Assembly (NCBI GenBank): GCA_040219255.1
Contig: JAVJSW010000068.1
Span: forward strand, 224,001-288,000
Source of the DNA: Sumerlaeia bacterium
GTDB lineage: Bacteria; Sumerlaeota; Sumerlaeia; SLMS01; JAHLLQ01
Direction of reading: 5' to 3'
Length of the DNA stretch: 64,000 nt
Shown here: piece by piece, positions 1-9,351 of the stretch
How positions within the stretch are numbered: the first letter of the stretch is position 1
Layout: every line of letters starts with the position of its first letter
Notes under the pieces: model-generated
What the model saw: only the letters and a program-made list of their open reading frames with translations
Databases searched by the model: none
What the model was told of the DNA's origin: nothing
Made by a program: the position numbers and the translations under genes

Positions 1-1406
1 CGCCATTCAAGTGGCGCGGCGATGACCTTCTCCGGGTCGGGTGCGGCCAGAGCCAGGCCATCGTACAAGACCAGACCCTTGTGCCCCGGTACAGCGATGA
101 ATTCGCCGGGCTGAAGGGGCCGATGGCGCAGGGCCCGTTCCACCCGCTCGCGGGTTACTCGTTGGCTTTCGTAGGCGCCGATGGGGGGCAGCATCGTCCG
201 GCCCACGCCCAGACCGGCAATCAGGAGGAAGAGCCCGCTGGCCAGCGCAATCCGCGGCCAGAGCTTGCGCCGGGTCTTCCGCCAGCTTTCCGCACCCGCC
301 CGGCCTGCCGCCATCTGGGCCAGCGCCAGCCCCGCCGGAAACGCCAGCGCCAGCGCATGAAAAGAGAAGACACGCTCGGGGAAAATCCAGGGGATCCCTC
401 CCCGCCCGATCGACACAAGCACCGCCAGCAGATGGACCAACGGGGGAACCGTCAGGGCCGCGTACGGCAGGGACCACTTGGGAGTCATGAGGACAATCCC
501 AACCAATATGCCGAGACAGGCGAGCCAGCGCTGGCTGTCGCCCCACAATTCCATGGCCGTCCGAAGGTCTTGCGCCTCCCCCGTGGGACCGGGAATCACG
601 CGGTGCTCGCCCACAAAGGTATAGAACGGATCGCCATGGACGACCCAGTGGACGCTCATCCACCAGAAGACCGGAGCCAGAGCGGCCGCCCAGGCCAAGA
701 GCAACGCGGGGACTTCCCAGCGAATCGGCCGCCGCTCACTATCGCGGCTGGCGTTCTTCCACTGAACCCAAAGGATCAGGGCCCCCGCCGGACCAAGCGC
801 CGCCGCATAGAGCCAGGCCTCATAGCGCGAGCAGGCGGCGATGGCGACGCCCCCACCGGCCACCAGAAACCCGGCAGCCAGGCGGCGAGAATGGGCTCCC
901 CGCCCGCAAACGATCGCCGCTCCCAAATGGCCCATCATCAGGCCAAACCAGAGAAAGGGCTCGGCGAAGCCCTGGACACTGGCCCAAACAACCCATGGGA
1001 GCGTGAGAGCCATCAAGCCTCCCATCCCAACCCCCGCCCACGCCACCGCGGGGCGGCGGCCATGGAAGTGCGGCCGCGCCGCAACCCAGGCGGCTCCCAA
1101 GCCAGCCAGCAGAGCCAGCGCGACCAGCACGGTGTTGATAAGCAGCGTGGCCTGGTAATAATGCCCTCCCAAAGCATCGCCAAGGAAACCGCCCACGATA
1201 ATCGGCAGCGGCAGCCACGTGTAATCGTAACTGCTGTAATCGCCATTCTCAGCGAACAGCCGCGCACAGTGTACCCGGAAGGTTTCGTCCTGGGTGGTAA
1301 AGAACGCGCCAGCCTGAATGGCTTCGTGCCGCAGAAGCAGGAACAGGGCAAGAAGCGCAAGGGAGCCAAGTACGAAGAAGAGGGCGTCGCGCCGTTCCAA
1401 TTTCAT
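1..1406 (-). CDS. Polytopic membrane protein, probable GT-C fold glycosyltransferase (3' end runs off the window)
   Basis: Not in the ORF track because it has no stop in the window. Manual translation from ATG 1406 gives MKLERRDALFFVLGSLALLALFLLLRHEAIQAGAFFTTQDETFRVHCAR...YTWLPLP..., i.e. an N-terminal TM helix, a DE motif, then many hydrophobic segments. Confidence 0.7.
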   Translation of the reverse strand, partial: MKLERRDALFFVLGSLALLALFLLLRHEAIQAGAFFTTQDETFRVHCARLFAENGDYSSYDYTWLPLPIIVGGFLGDALGGHYYQATLLINTVLVALALLAGLGAAWVAARPHFHGRRPAVAWAGVGMGGLMALTLPWVVWASVQGFAEPFLWFGLMMGHLGAAIVCGRGAHSRRLAAGFLVAGGGVAIAACSRYEAWLYAAALGPAGALILWVQWKNASRDSERRPIRWEVPALLLAWAAALAPVFWWMSVHWVVHGDPFYTFVGEHRVIPGPTGEAQDLRTAMELWGDSQRWLACLGILVGIVLMTPKWSLPYAALTVPPLVHLLAVLVSIGRGGIPWIFPERVFSFHALALAFPAGLALAQMAAGRAGAESWRKTRRKLWPRIALASGLFLLIAGLGVGRTMLPPIGAYESQRVTRERVERALRHRPLQPGEFIAVPGHKGLVLYDGLALAAPDPEKVIAAPLEW

Positions 1407-1701
1407 CTTTTCTTGCTCGGTAAAATCCGGTGGTGTGGCAAACGAAAGCCGTGGCGAAGCACGATTGGCTGTCATGCGAACCCAGTCATATTGAGACAGG
1501 GCATATCCTGGGTGGGGGGCAAAGAGCTTCCGAGGCCCTTTCCGCGTGAACGCGGGAGTACGAGCCAAAGCAACTCATTGCGGTCCAAACCCCCCTATCA
1601 AATCCGCATCCCGCCCCGCCTTTCCCCTTGGCGTGGTGGGGCGGGTGGGTATGGTCTGCGGCCTCCGAGCCCCACTTTTTTTTCGAAGGATTTCCCCTGC
1701 C

Positions 1702-2904
1702 ATGACTCCCCCTGCCGCGACCGCTCCCGGTTCTCTGAAAACCCGCCCCAGCCGGTTGAATCGCGCTGTGGAGGCTTTGCCCCCGTCGGGAATCCGGCGG
1801 TTCTTCGATTTGGTCGTCAGCCGGCCCAACATCATCAGCCTCGGCGTCGGCGAGCCCGATTTCGTGACGCCCTGGAGCATCCGCGAGACGGGCATTTTCT
1901 CCCTCGAGAAGGGCGCCACGTCCTATACGGGCAATCGCGGGTTGCCGCAGACGCTCGATGCCATCGCCAACTACCTGGAAGACCGCTATGGCCCGCGCTA
2001 CACGCGCGAGGAAATGGTCATCACCGTCGGCGCCAGCCAGGCCATCGACATCGCCCTGCGGGCGGTTCTGAACCCGGGCGACGAGGTGATCGTGATCGAC
2101 CCGAGCTATGTCTGCTACGAGGCCCTGGTGCGCGTGGCGGGCGGCGTGCCGGTGCCGGTGGCGGTCGATCCCGAGCGCGAGTATTGCCCCGATCCGGCCA
2201 AGGTCCGCGAGGCGGTGACGGACCGCACCAAGGTCCTGTTCCTGAACTATCCGAACAACCCGACGGGCGCGACCTACAGCCGCGAGCTGCTCGATCAACT
2301 CGCCGCCATCGCCCGCGCCAACGATCTGCTGGTGCTCAGCGATGAAATCTACAGCGAACTGACCTACGACGGCGAGCACACCTGCTTCTCGACGATTCCG
2401 GGCATGCGCGACCGCACGATTCTGGTGAGCGGTTTCTCCAAGGCCTTCGCCATGACCGGCTGGCGCCTGGGCTATGTTTGCGCGCCGGTGGACATCGCGG
2501 CGGGGATGCTGAAAATTCACCAGTACTCGATGCTCTGCGCCCCGATCACGGCGCAGTTGGCGGCGGTCGATGCACTTAAGCGTCTCGACACGGACGTGCG
2601 GGAAATGCGCGATTCGTACTCGCGGCGGCGGCGCATCCTGGCCCAGGGCCTGAGCGACGCGGGCCTGCCCACGCCCACGCCGAAGGGCGCGTTCTATTGC
2701 TTTAGCGATGTGCGCCAGACGGGCATCGACGAAGTGACCTTCGCCGAGCGCCTGATCGAGGAAGAAGAGGTCGCCATCGTGCCCGGCAGCGCCTTTGGCG
2801 CCGGCGGCAAAGGCTTCGTCCGCGCCAGCTTCGCGACCTCGGAGACGAAGCTGATCGAGGCCTCGCGCCGAATCGGCCGGTTTATGGAGCGGCTCAGAGG
2901 CTAG
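1702..2904 (+). CDS. PLP-dependent aminotransferase class I/II
   Basis: Motifs SLGVGEPDF, NYPNNPTG, SDEIY and SGFSKAFAMTGWRLG (PLP lysine). Start placed at ATG 1702. Confidence 0.93.
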   Translation: MTPPAATAPGSLKTRPSRLNRAVEALPPSGIRRFFDLVVSRPNIISLGVGEPDFVTPWSIRETGIFSLEKGATSYTGNRGLPQTLDAIANYLEDRYGPRYTREEMVITVGASQAIDIALRAVLNPGDEVIVIDPSYVCYEALVRVAGGVPVPVAVDPEREYCPDPAKVREAVTDRTKVLFLNYPNNPTGATYSRELLDQLAAIARANDLLVLSDEIYSELTYDGEHTCFSTIPGMRDRTILVSGFSKAFAMTGWRLGYVCAPVDIAAGMLKIHQYSMLCAPITAQLAAVDALKRLDTDVREMRDSYSRRRRILAQGLSDAGLPTPTPKGAFYCFSDVRQTGIDEVTFAERLIEEEEVAIVPGSAFGAGGKGFVRASFATSETKLIEASRRIGRFMERLRG

Positions 2905-2920
2905 AGGCTTCGCCGCCCCC

Positions 2921-4429
2921 TTACTCCTCCGGGCCTAATTCTTCCGAGTACCCCGCCAGCAGCACCGCCGCGCCATCGATCACATCTTCGGTGGCTTCAC
3001 GCGTGGTGGTGTGGTTGTTGATCATGAAGGAAAAAACCAGGTTCTCGCCATCGGCTGTGGTGACGTAGCCAGAGACTTGGCGCGTGTTCGGCAGGGTCCC
3101 CGTTTTCCCGCGCACGTTGCCCTCGGCGGGGGTGCCTTTCATGCGGCGGGCCAGGGTCCCATCGACCCCTGCGATGGTCAGCGCCTCCCACCAGACGGGC
3201 CACAGGTCTTCGCGCTGGCGCATGCCCTTGAACATCGTCACCACCTGGCGGGGCGTTTGCAGGTTCAGGCGGCTCTGGCCCGAGCCATCTACGAAGACGT
3301 AGTCCTCCGGCTGGATGCCGAACTGAGTGCGCAGGAAGTCCTGGATCAGGGTCTTGCCGCCCTCGAAATTGCCGACGCCGTCGCGGTGCATACCGAGGGT
3401 GTGGACCAGAACCTCGGCGTACATGTTCTGGCTGCTTTTCAGGAACACGGCGAGGATTTCGCTCAGCGGCGGCGACTCGTGCTTGGCCAGGTAGGTGGAA
3501 GGGGCGGCGAGCAGCGGCTTCCACGCATCGTCGATGTCGGAAGCCGGGCCGCGCACCTCGATGCCTTCGTGCTCCAGCACTTCCATGAACACGGTGGCGG
3601 CATAGAGCGTTGGGTTCACAAGGGATGGCGAGCGCTCGAAGGGCTCGCGCCCGACCACGACCTGGCCGCGCACGACGATTTCGTTGCTGTCGAAGGCGCG
3701 GGTGACTTCCACCTCGTGCTCGCCGGCCAACTTGGTTTTCAATTCGTTGCGGATCGTGAAGTACTCGCTCGGCAGGTTCGGGGCGATTTTCACTGGCAAT
3801 TCCCACTGCGCATCCGGCGGGTGGATCATCAGATCGACGTAGTTCTCGTTGATGTTCAGCGCGCCAAAGGGCGCCCCGTACCACTGGATCATGTCCTCGT
3901 GGGTGATGCCGGCGGGGATGTGCTGGTCGTCCCAGGCATTGTCGTCGCCGATGACATAGCCGGTGACCGTCGTAATGCCGGCGTCCTTGATCTGGGCCGC
4001 CAGATGGCGGAACGGCGCCCGCGGGTCCGACCCGAAGCGGTAGTAGAAGGTCGGGTCGCCCATGCCTTCCAGGATCAAGTGGCCGTTGAGCACGCCGTCT
4101 TCGATGTCGCCGCTGGCGCGCACCCGTGTCACATAGCGGAAATCCGGCCCCAGCGTCGCCAGCGCCGTCGCGGCGACGGGAATTTTCTGGTTCGAGGCGG
4201 GTACGAAGAGCTGGTCCGCGTTGCGTTCGAGCCAGACTTCTCCGGTGTCCAGGCTTTCGACCAAGGCGCCAAAGATCGCACCCTTGAAGCGGGGATCGTC
4301 ATCGAAAAGGGCGTCGATTTGCTGGACCAGGAGCGCCCGCGTGGTGGGCGTATCGACGGCCGCGACGCCGGCGGCGAGGGGCGGCGCGAGTGCGATGAAT
4401 GCGATGGTTAGACAAAGAAGGCTCTTCAT
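2921..4429 (-). CDS. dacB: D-alanyl-D-alanine carboxypeptidase/endopeptidase (PBP4, peptidase S13)
   Basis: Signal peptide, PASNQK (SxxK), SQN (SxN), DGSG and GKTGT motifs. Confidence 0.93.
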   Translation of the reverse strand: MKSLLCLTIAFIALAPPLAAGVAAVDTPTTRALLVQQIDALFDDDPRFKGAIFGALVESLDTGEVWLERNADQLFVPASNQKIPVAATALATLGPDFRYVTRVRASGDIEDGVLNGHLILEGMGDPTFYYRFGSDPRAPFRHLAAQIKDAGITTVTGYVIGDDNAWDDQHIPAGITHEDMIQWYGAPFGALNINENYVDLMIHPPDAQWELPVKIAPNLPSEYFTIRNELKTKLAGEHEVEVTRAFDSNEIVVRGQVVVGREPFERSPSLVNPTLYAATVFMEVLEHEGIEVRGPASDIDDAWKPLLAAPSTYLAKHESPPLSEILAVFLKSSQNMYAEVLVHTLGMHRDGVGNFEGGKTLIQDFLRTQFGIQPEDYVFVDGSGQSRLNLQTPRQVVTMFKGMRQREDLWPVWWEALTIAGVDGTLARRMKGTPAEGNVRGKTGTLPNTRQVSGYVTTADGENLVFSFMINNHTTTREATEDVIDGAAVLLAGYSEELGPEE

Positions 4430-4430
4430 C

Positions 4431-5948
4431 CTACTTGCTCTCCATCTCGTCGCTGTACCCCGCGATCAGCGCCAGCACACCGTCCGTCACCTCTTCGGTG
4501 GCTTTCGACGTTGTCAGGTGACTATTGACCAGAAAGCTGAACACGACCGGTTCGCCGTCGGAAGTCCAGACGTAGCCCGAGAGCCCGCGCACGTTCGACA
4601 CCGTGCCGGTCTTGGCGCGGGCGTTGCCTTCGGCGGGTGTGTCCTTCATGCGGTTGCGCAGCGTCCCATCAACCCCGGCGACGGGCATCGTCTCGACCCA
4701 AACATCCTTCAGGTCGCTCCGCCACATGGCGCGCAGAATCTTCACCAGTTGATTGGGCGAAACCAGGTTGTAACGGCTCAGGCCCGACCCGTCGCTGATC
4801 TGGAGCGTTTCCGGGTCGATGCCCGCTTCCGATTCCAGCCATTCGCGCATCGCTTCCCGCCCGGCGGAGAACGTGCCTCGCCCCGTCTCGGCCCAGCCGA
4901 TCGTATGCACCATCGTCTCGGCGTAGTTGTTCTGGCTGCGCTTCATCAGCATGGAGGCGATCTCCGACAGCGGCGGCGACTGATGCGTCGCCAGGACCTT
5001 CCGCTCGCCCTCGTAGGCCCACTTGGCCGGCGCGTCGTCGATGTCGATCGGCTGGCCGGCGACTTCGATGCCTTCCGCTTTTAGGACCTCGGCCATGACC
5101 GTGGTGATGAAGAGCGTTGGGTTGTGGATCGACGGCGATTGCTCGAACGGCTTCGCCCCCGCTTCCACCTGACCCGTGGCCACGAAGGCGTTGTCCAGCA
5201 GTCCGCGCTCGATGCGGACGCGCGAGCGCCCATCGGCCACCACCTCGACGCCAGAGGTGTCGAGCGTGAAAAACGCGCTCGGCAGATTCGGCTCGATACG
5301 CACTTCGCCGTCCACGCTGTCCGGCGGGAGGACTTTGAAATCGACGTAGCCCTCGTTGATCTGCAGCGGACCGAAGGGCGCGCCGTACCAGGCGGTCGAA
5401 CCGCCGAACGTCATGCCGCCGCCCATGTGCTGATCGTCCCAGGCGTCGTCGTCGCCCACCACATCGCCGGCGATGCGGGCGATGCCGGCGTCCTTGAGCT
5501 GACGCGCGAGGGCGCGCAGCGGTTCCCGCGGTTCATCGAAGAAGCGCGTGTAGAACGTCGGGTCGCCATGGCCCCACAGGATCAGGTCGCCATGCAGGGT
5601 GTCGCTGGTCACCGTGCCCAGGGTTTCCAGCCGCGTTTCATAGCGGAAATCGGGACCGAGGAGGCTGAGGGCCGCCGCCGTTGTGGGAATTTTCTGGTTC
5701 GAGGCGGGGATGAAAAGCTGATCGGCGTTCAGGCTGTACCAGAGTTCGCCGTTCTCCAGGCTCTCGATGCGGGCGCCCCAGAGGGCTCCGGCGAAGCGGG
5801 GGTCCTGGAACGTTTCCTCGATGCGCGAGACGAGTTCCTCGCGCGTCATGGCTTGGGGGGACGGGGGCGGGGCGGCTTCCTGGGCCGCCAGCGGAACCGC
5901 CATGGCGGCGGGAAAGAGCAGGCAGAGAGACAGTGTCTTGAGAGTCAT
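4431..5948 (-). CDS. dacB: D-alanyl-D-alanine carboxypeptidase/endopeptidase (PBP4), tandem paralogue
   Basis: Signal peptide from MTLKTLSL, PASNQK, SQN, DGSGLSRYN and AKTGT motifs. Confidence 0.93.
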   Translation of the reverse strand: MTLKTLSLCLLFPAAMAVPLAAQEAAPPPSPQAMTREELVSRIEETFQDPRFAGALWGARIESLENGELWYSLNADQLFIPASNQKIPTTAAALSLLGPDFRYETRLETLGTVTSDTLHGDLILWGHGDPTFYTRFFDEPREPLRALARQLKDAGIARIAGDVVGDDDAWDDQHMGGGMTFGGSTAWYGAPFGPLQINEGYVDFKVLPPDSVDGEVRIEPNLPSAFFTLDTSGVEVVADGRSRVRIERGLLDNAFVATGQVEAGAKPFEQSPSIHNPTLFITTVMAEVLKAEGIEVAGQPIDIDDAPAKWAYEGERKVLATHQSPPLSEIASMLMKRSQNNYAETMVHTIGWAETGRGTFSAGREAMREWLESEAGIDPETLQISDGSGLSRYNLVSPNQLVKILRAMWRSDLKDVWVETMPVAGVDGTLRNRMKDTPAEGNARAKTGTVSNVRGLSGYVWTSDGEPVVFSFLVNSHLTTSKATEEVTDGVLALIAGYSDEMESK

Positions 5949-6261
5949 CGGGGTGGGCACTCCTTTTGCCGCAACCGTGCGCATAAGAAAGAGCGTGGGC
6001 AAGGACTCCTTGCCCGGAAGAAACGTCCCTCCTAAACCGCCCGCCCTGTAAGAAGCGGAGCCGGTGGGTCCACCTGCCTGATGAGACGGGCGTGAAGATT
6101 GGAAATTGCCGAGCAGGCCTTTCCCATGGGGATCACGTCACCATAAAGAGGCTGGGCCGCCTCCTTCCCTCTCCCCGGGGCGACACTGCATTGCGGCACC
6201 AATAGAGCCTTGAACTCTTGATTCAACAGACTTTACGAGAATTTCCCCGGAGGTGTGTTCC

Positions 6262-8136
6262 ATGCCGGAACGCCTGACTTTGCGCCCCGGATCCCGGCGC
6301 TCCCATACCCAACGCGGTTCCGCCCTGCTGGTAGCCCTGATCCTGATCACGATCGCGGCGATCATGCTGATGTCTTGGATGTCCCTGGTGATGTCCGCCT
6401 CGCGCAGCGCGGCTCGCGACCGAGATTATCTGGAAGCCTTCTACGCCGCGGAAGCGGGCGTCGAGCAGGTGGTGGCTTTTTTCAATAACGCGGATCGTTT
6501 CCCGACCGCTCTGGTTCCCGGAACCTACACCACTCAAATGGCGGAGCAACCCGCGGCCTACGCCCTGACCCACGATCTCCACCCCGATCCCTATCTCCTC
6601 TTCGAACCCTACATCGTCAATTACGTGCGTGATTCGGACAACCTGCCGATCAACGCGAGCGGCGAACCGATCTGGGACCCCAACACCAATTCGCTGGTCT
6701 CGGCCAGTTCGGTGACCTCCCTCGATCCCGTCATCACGATGTGGACCTACTTCCAGAACATCAACGCCGGCAGCAACGAAGCGGTCAGCAAGACGAGCAA
6801 GGTCCCGACCATGGACCTCGACATGAGCTATTTCCCGGAACTGATCTTCCGCGGCCCCGGCGGCGACGAAGTGGCCCGCGTGTCGCGCATTCAGCTCATC
6901 CATCCGGCCGACGCGGACAGCATGAGCGAAGGCCCGCTGCCCGACGAACGCGTCATCACCAAGGTGATCGCCCACGGACTCACGCCGACCGGCGTGGAAG
7001 TCCGCGTGGAGTCGATCCTGACGGAGAATCTGTTCCTTAACCTGCGTTCGCCCGCGGCCATCATCACCACGGCGGCGGCCCAGTTCAACGGCCAGTTCAA
7101 CGTCCACTGGGGCGAACTGTGGGCCCAGCACGACGTCACCATGCCCGGCTCCTGGAAAAACATGGTTCCCCGCTTGTCGGATACCGAGGATTACAACTCG
7201 GCCAAGGGCGTGGACAAATGGTTCCGTTTCCGCACCTCGGGCGAAATCTACGACAACCAGGCGAGTTATGCGGACGGCCGCGACAAGAGCGGCTTCTCCT
7301 CCGCGGTTCCCTACGAAACGGGCAACTCCGGCGACCCGATGTACGATCTCTACACGAATCCGTACCACGAAAACTACATTATCGACAAAACGCTCGCCGG
7401 CCTGGAAACCATCCGCCGTCATCAGGACCTGGATTTCCCGGGCTACGATTACGACCATGTGAAGCGCTTCTTCCTGCAGAACGACATGCCGTACTACTGG
7501 ACCGACTCCAGCGGAACCATCTACTGGAAGGACCGGGAGACCGGTGTGGTCATGTCGGACCGCTACTCGACGCTGTTCGGCGTCGATCCGAGCGATCCCG
7601 AGTATGGCGATTTCCGCGAAAACGTCGTCTTCATCGACTCCGTGCCGGTGGACGACAGCGGCAACCCCCACCCCACGAACCCGACGGTCATCAATGACAC
7701 CTACTATCCCCGCAACCCCCACACGTCCATCGCGCTGATTCCCGAGATCGCCGAGTCGGGCAGTTCGCTCCACACCCGGGGCGCCTTCTTCGTGGCCGTG
7801 GATATGGACTTTGGCGGTGGCGGAAGCCCGCCCAGTTCCTCCACGATCCTCGATGACGATGGAAGCCAGTACGTCACCCTGCCCGACGGCAGTTCGGTCA
7901 AGAGTTCGGACCATTTCCCCGTGTTCCACAATGGCCTGATGTACTCCTGGGGCGTGCTGGCCGTGTCGGGAAACCGCAACTTCTTCGGCTCCGTCTTCGC
8001 CGAGCAGGGCTACGGCGCCGGTGGCAACCCGGACGTGTACTACAACTATCGCATGCGCGATGGCAGTTGGCTGCAGCTCAACGTGTCCAAGGTCAACCGG
8101 ACCCTCTGGGACGTAAGCCAGAGCACGAATTCCTAA
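6262..8136 (+). CDS. PilX/GspK-like large minor pilin
   Basis: RG|SALLVALILITI hydrophobic N-terminus without E5, followed by AFYAAEAGVE, as in PilX N-terminal domains. Confidence 0.75.
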   Translation: MPERLTLRPGSRRSHTQRGSALLVALILITIAAIMLMSWMSLVMSASRSAARDRDYLEAFYAAEAGVEQVVAFFNNADRFPTALVPGTYTTQMAEQPAAYALTHDLHPDPYLLFEPYIVNYVRDSDNLPINASGEPIWDPNTNSLVSASSVTSLDPVITMWTYFQNINAGSNEAVSKTSKVPTMDLDMSYFPELIFRGPGGDEVARVSRIQLIHPADADSMSEGPLPDERVITKVIAHGLTPTGVEVRVESILTENLFLNLRSPAAIITTAAAQFNGQFNVHWGELWAQHDVTMPGSWKNMVPRLSDTEDYNSAKGVDKWFRFRTSGEIYDNQASYADGRDKSGFSSAVPYETGNSGDPMYDLYTNPYHENYIIDKTLAGLETIRRHQDLDFPGYDYDHVKRFFLQNDMPYYWTDSSGTIYWKDRETGVVMSDRYSTLFGVDPSDPEYGDFRENVVFIDSVPVDDSGNPHPTNPTVINDTYYPRNPHTSIALIPEIAESGSSLHTRGAFFVAVDMDFGGGGSPPSSSTILDDDGSQYVTLPDGSSVKSSDHFPVFHNGLMYSWGVLAVSGNRNFFGSVFAEQGYGAGGNPDVYYNYRMRDGSWLQLNVSKVNRTLWDVSQSTNS

Positions 8137-8151
8137 GGATCGATCCCTCTT

Positions 8152-8625
8152 ATGAAGACCGGCAATCTCCTCCGCAACGCACTTCGGCGCCGCGAACGCG
8201 GCTTCAGCTTCCTGGAAGTCATGATCGCCATGGTGATCGTTTCCATCGTGGGGATCGGAATTTACACGTCGGTCATCGTGGGCCTGCGGGTTCAGCAGGC
8301 GACCCGCGAATTCAACGGCGCCATCAAGGCCGCCAACGACGCCCTCGAGGGGAGCAAAGGCACTCTGTTCCAATTCCTGGAACCACGCCTCAACGTTCCC
8401 GTGACCATCGACGACCGCGGAACCCCACAGATCGGCGACGATTTGGAGGGCGTGCTCGACCTGCGCTTTTACTCGCCAGACCGTTCAACGCAGTATTTCA
8501 GTTCGACCGCCATGCCAACCGACGGATCGATGATCCGCGCCGAGGCCACTGTGACCTGGATCCCATCGCGCACCGGCACCACGATCCCCGATCGCTACAC
8601 CCTGACCACGATGCTCGCTCCCTGA
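8152..8625 (+). CDS. Type IV prepilin-like protein (PilV-like)
   Basis: Class III signal RRRERG|FSFLEVMIAMVIV. Confidence 0.85.
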   Translation: MKTGNLLRNALRRRERGFSFLEVMIAMVIVSIVGIGIYTSVIVGLRVQQATREFNGAIKAANDALEGSKGTLFQFLEPRLNVPVTIDDRGTPQIGDDLEGVLDLRFYSPDRSTQYFSSTAMPTDGSMIRAEATVTWIPSRTGTTIPDRYTLTTMLAP

Positions 8626-8649
8626 CCGGAAAGGACCCGCGCACCACCC

Positions 8650-9156
8650 ATGAAAGCCATACCCCGCTCCATCGCTCGCCGCCGCCGCGCCGTCACCCTT
8701 CTCGAATTGATGCTGGCGATGACCTTCATGACGATCATTTCCCTGTTCGTGTTCACCGCCCTTCTGGTGGTGATGCGGCATTCGATTTCCTCGCTGACGC
8801 GCGTCCCGGCGGAGTCGGAGAATTTCAAACTCCTCTCGCGCATGCGCACCGAGCTGCTTTCCGCCCAGTTCAATAGCTGGACCTTCGGAACCAACGGCGA
8901 GTCCATCACCTACCGCAGCGGTTCTCGCCAGACCCGCAGCAGCATCGCCTACGATCCCAACACCGGCATCACGACCTTCGACCCGGACCTGGACAGCAAC
9001 GGCGACGAGCGCGTCTGGAACCGCCGCGTCGCCGTTCGCTTCGTCGATCTCAACGATCCGCGGCGTCTGCAAATTCGCGTCGAAGCTCCCGCAAAGGACA
9101 GCCGCCAGCAGGACCTGACCTACAGCTACACCGACGTCATCACGGTTCGGAACTGA
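8650..9156 (+). CDS. Type IV prepilin-like protein (PilW-like position)
   Basis: Class III signal RRRRA|VTLLELMLAM. Confidence 0.8.
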   Translation: MKAIPRSIARRRRAVTLLELMLAMTFMTIISLFVFTALLVVMRHSISSLTRVPAESENFKLLSRMRTELLSAQFNSWTFGTNGESITYRSGSRQTRSSIAYDPNTGITTFDPDLDSNGDERVWNRRVAVRFVDLNDPRRLQIRVEAPAKDSRQQDLTYSYTDVITVRN

Positions 9157-9200
9157 TCGGTTCGGAACCCAGCGTTTCCACGCCTGGAAGTGGAAAGAAG

Positions 9201-9243
9201 AAGGGGCACCGGGAATCCCAATTCCCGGTGCCCCTTGTCTTTG
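9201..9243 (+). terminator. Intrinsic terminator-like hairpin after the pilin cluster
   Basis: Perfect stem AAGGGGCACCGGGAAT / ATTCCCGGTGCCCCTT followed by GTCTTTG, lying between convergent genes. Confidence 0.7.
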
Positions 9244-9294
9244 ATTTCACCGATGGCGAACCGCCACCCTGGCGCCACAAGAATCCACTCCCCT

Positions 9295-9330
9295 TCTGTG
9301 GAACCTCTGACCTCTGTGATCTCTGTGGTT
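9295..9330. repeat. CTCTGTG/CTCCGTG-type short intergenic repeat (related copies near 31380-31404, 50690-50712, 53263-53310 inverted, 53530-53555)
   Basis: TCTGTGGAACCTCTGnCCTCT occurs here and as the reverse complement at 53290-53310. Similar CTCCGTGnCTCCG iterations occur at the other sites. Confidence 0.55.
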
Positions 9331-9351
9331 GCAGGATTGGCGAACGGCCGG

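Noticed and set aside
81-2345. 754-aa plus-strand ORF and the many other long overlapping ORFs (e.g. 17814-21599, 22486-25449, 28671-31229, 40254-43772)
   Set aside because: These are antisense or off-frame shadows of well-supported genes, as expected in high-GC DNA, and carry no motifs.
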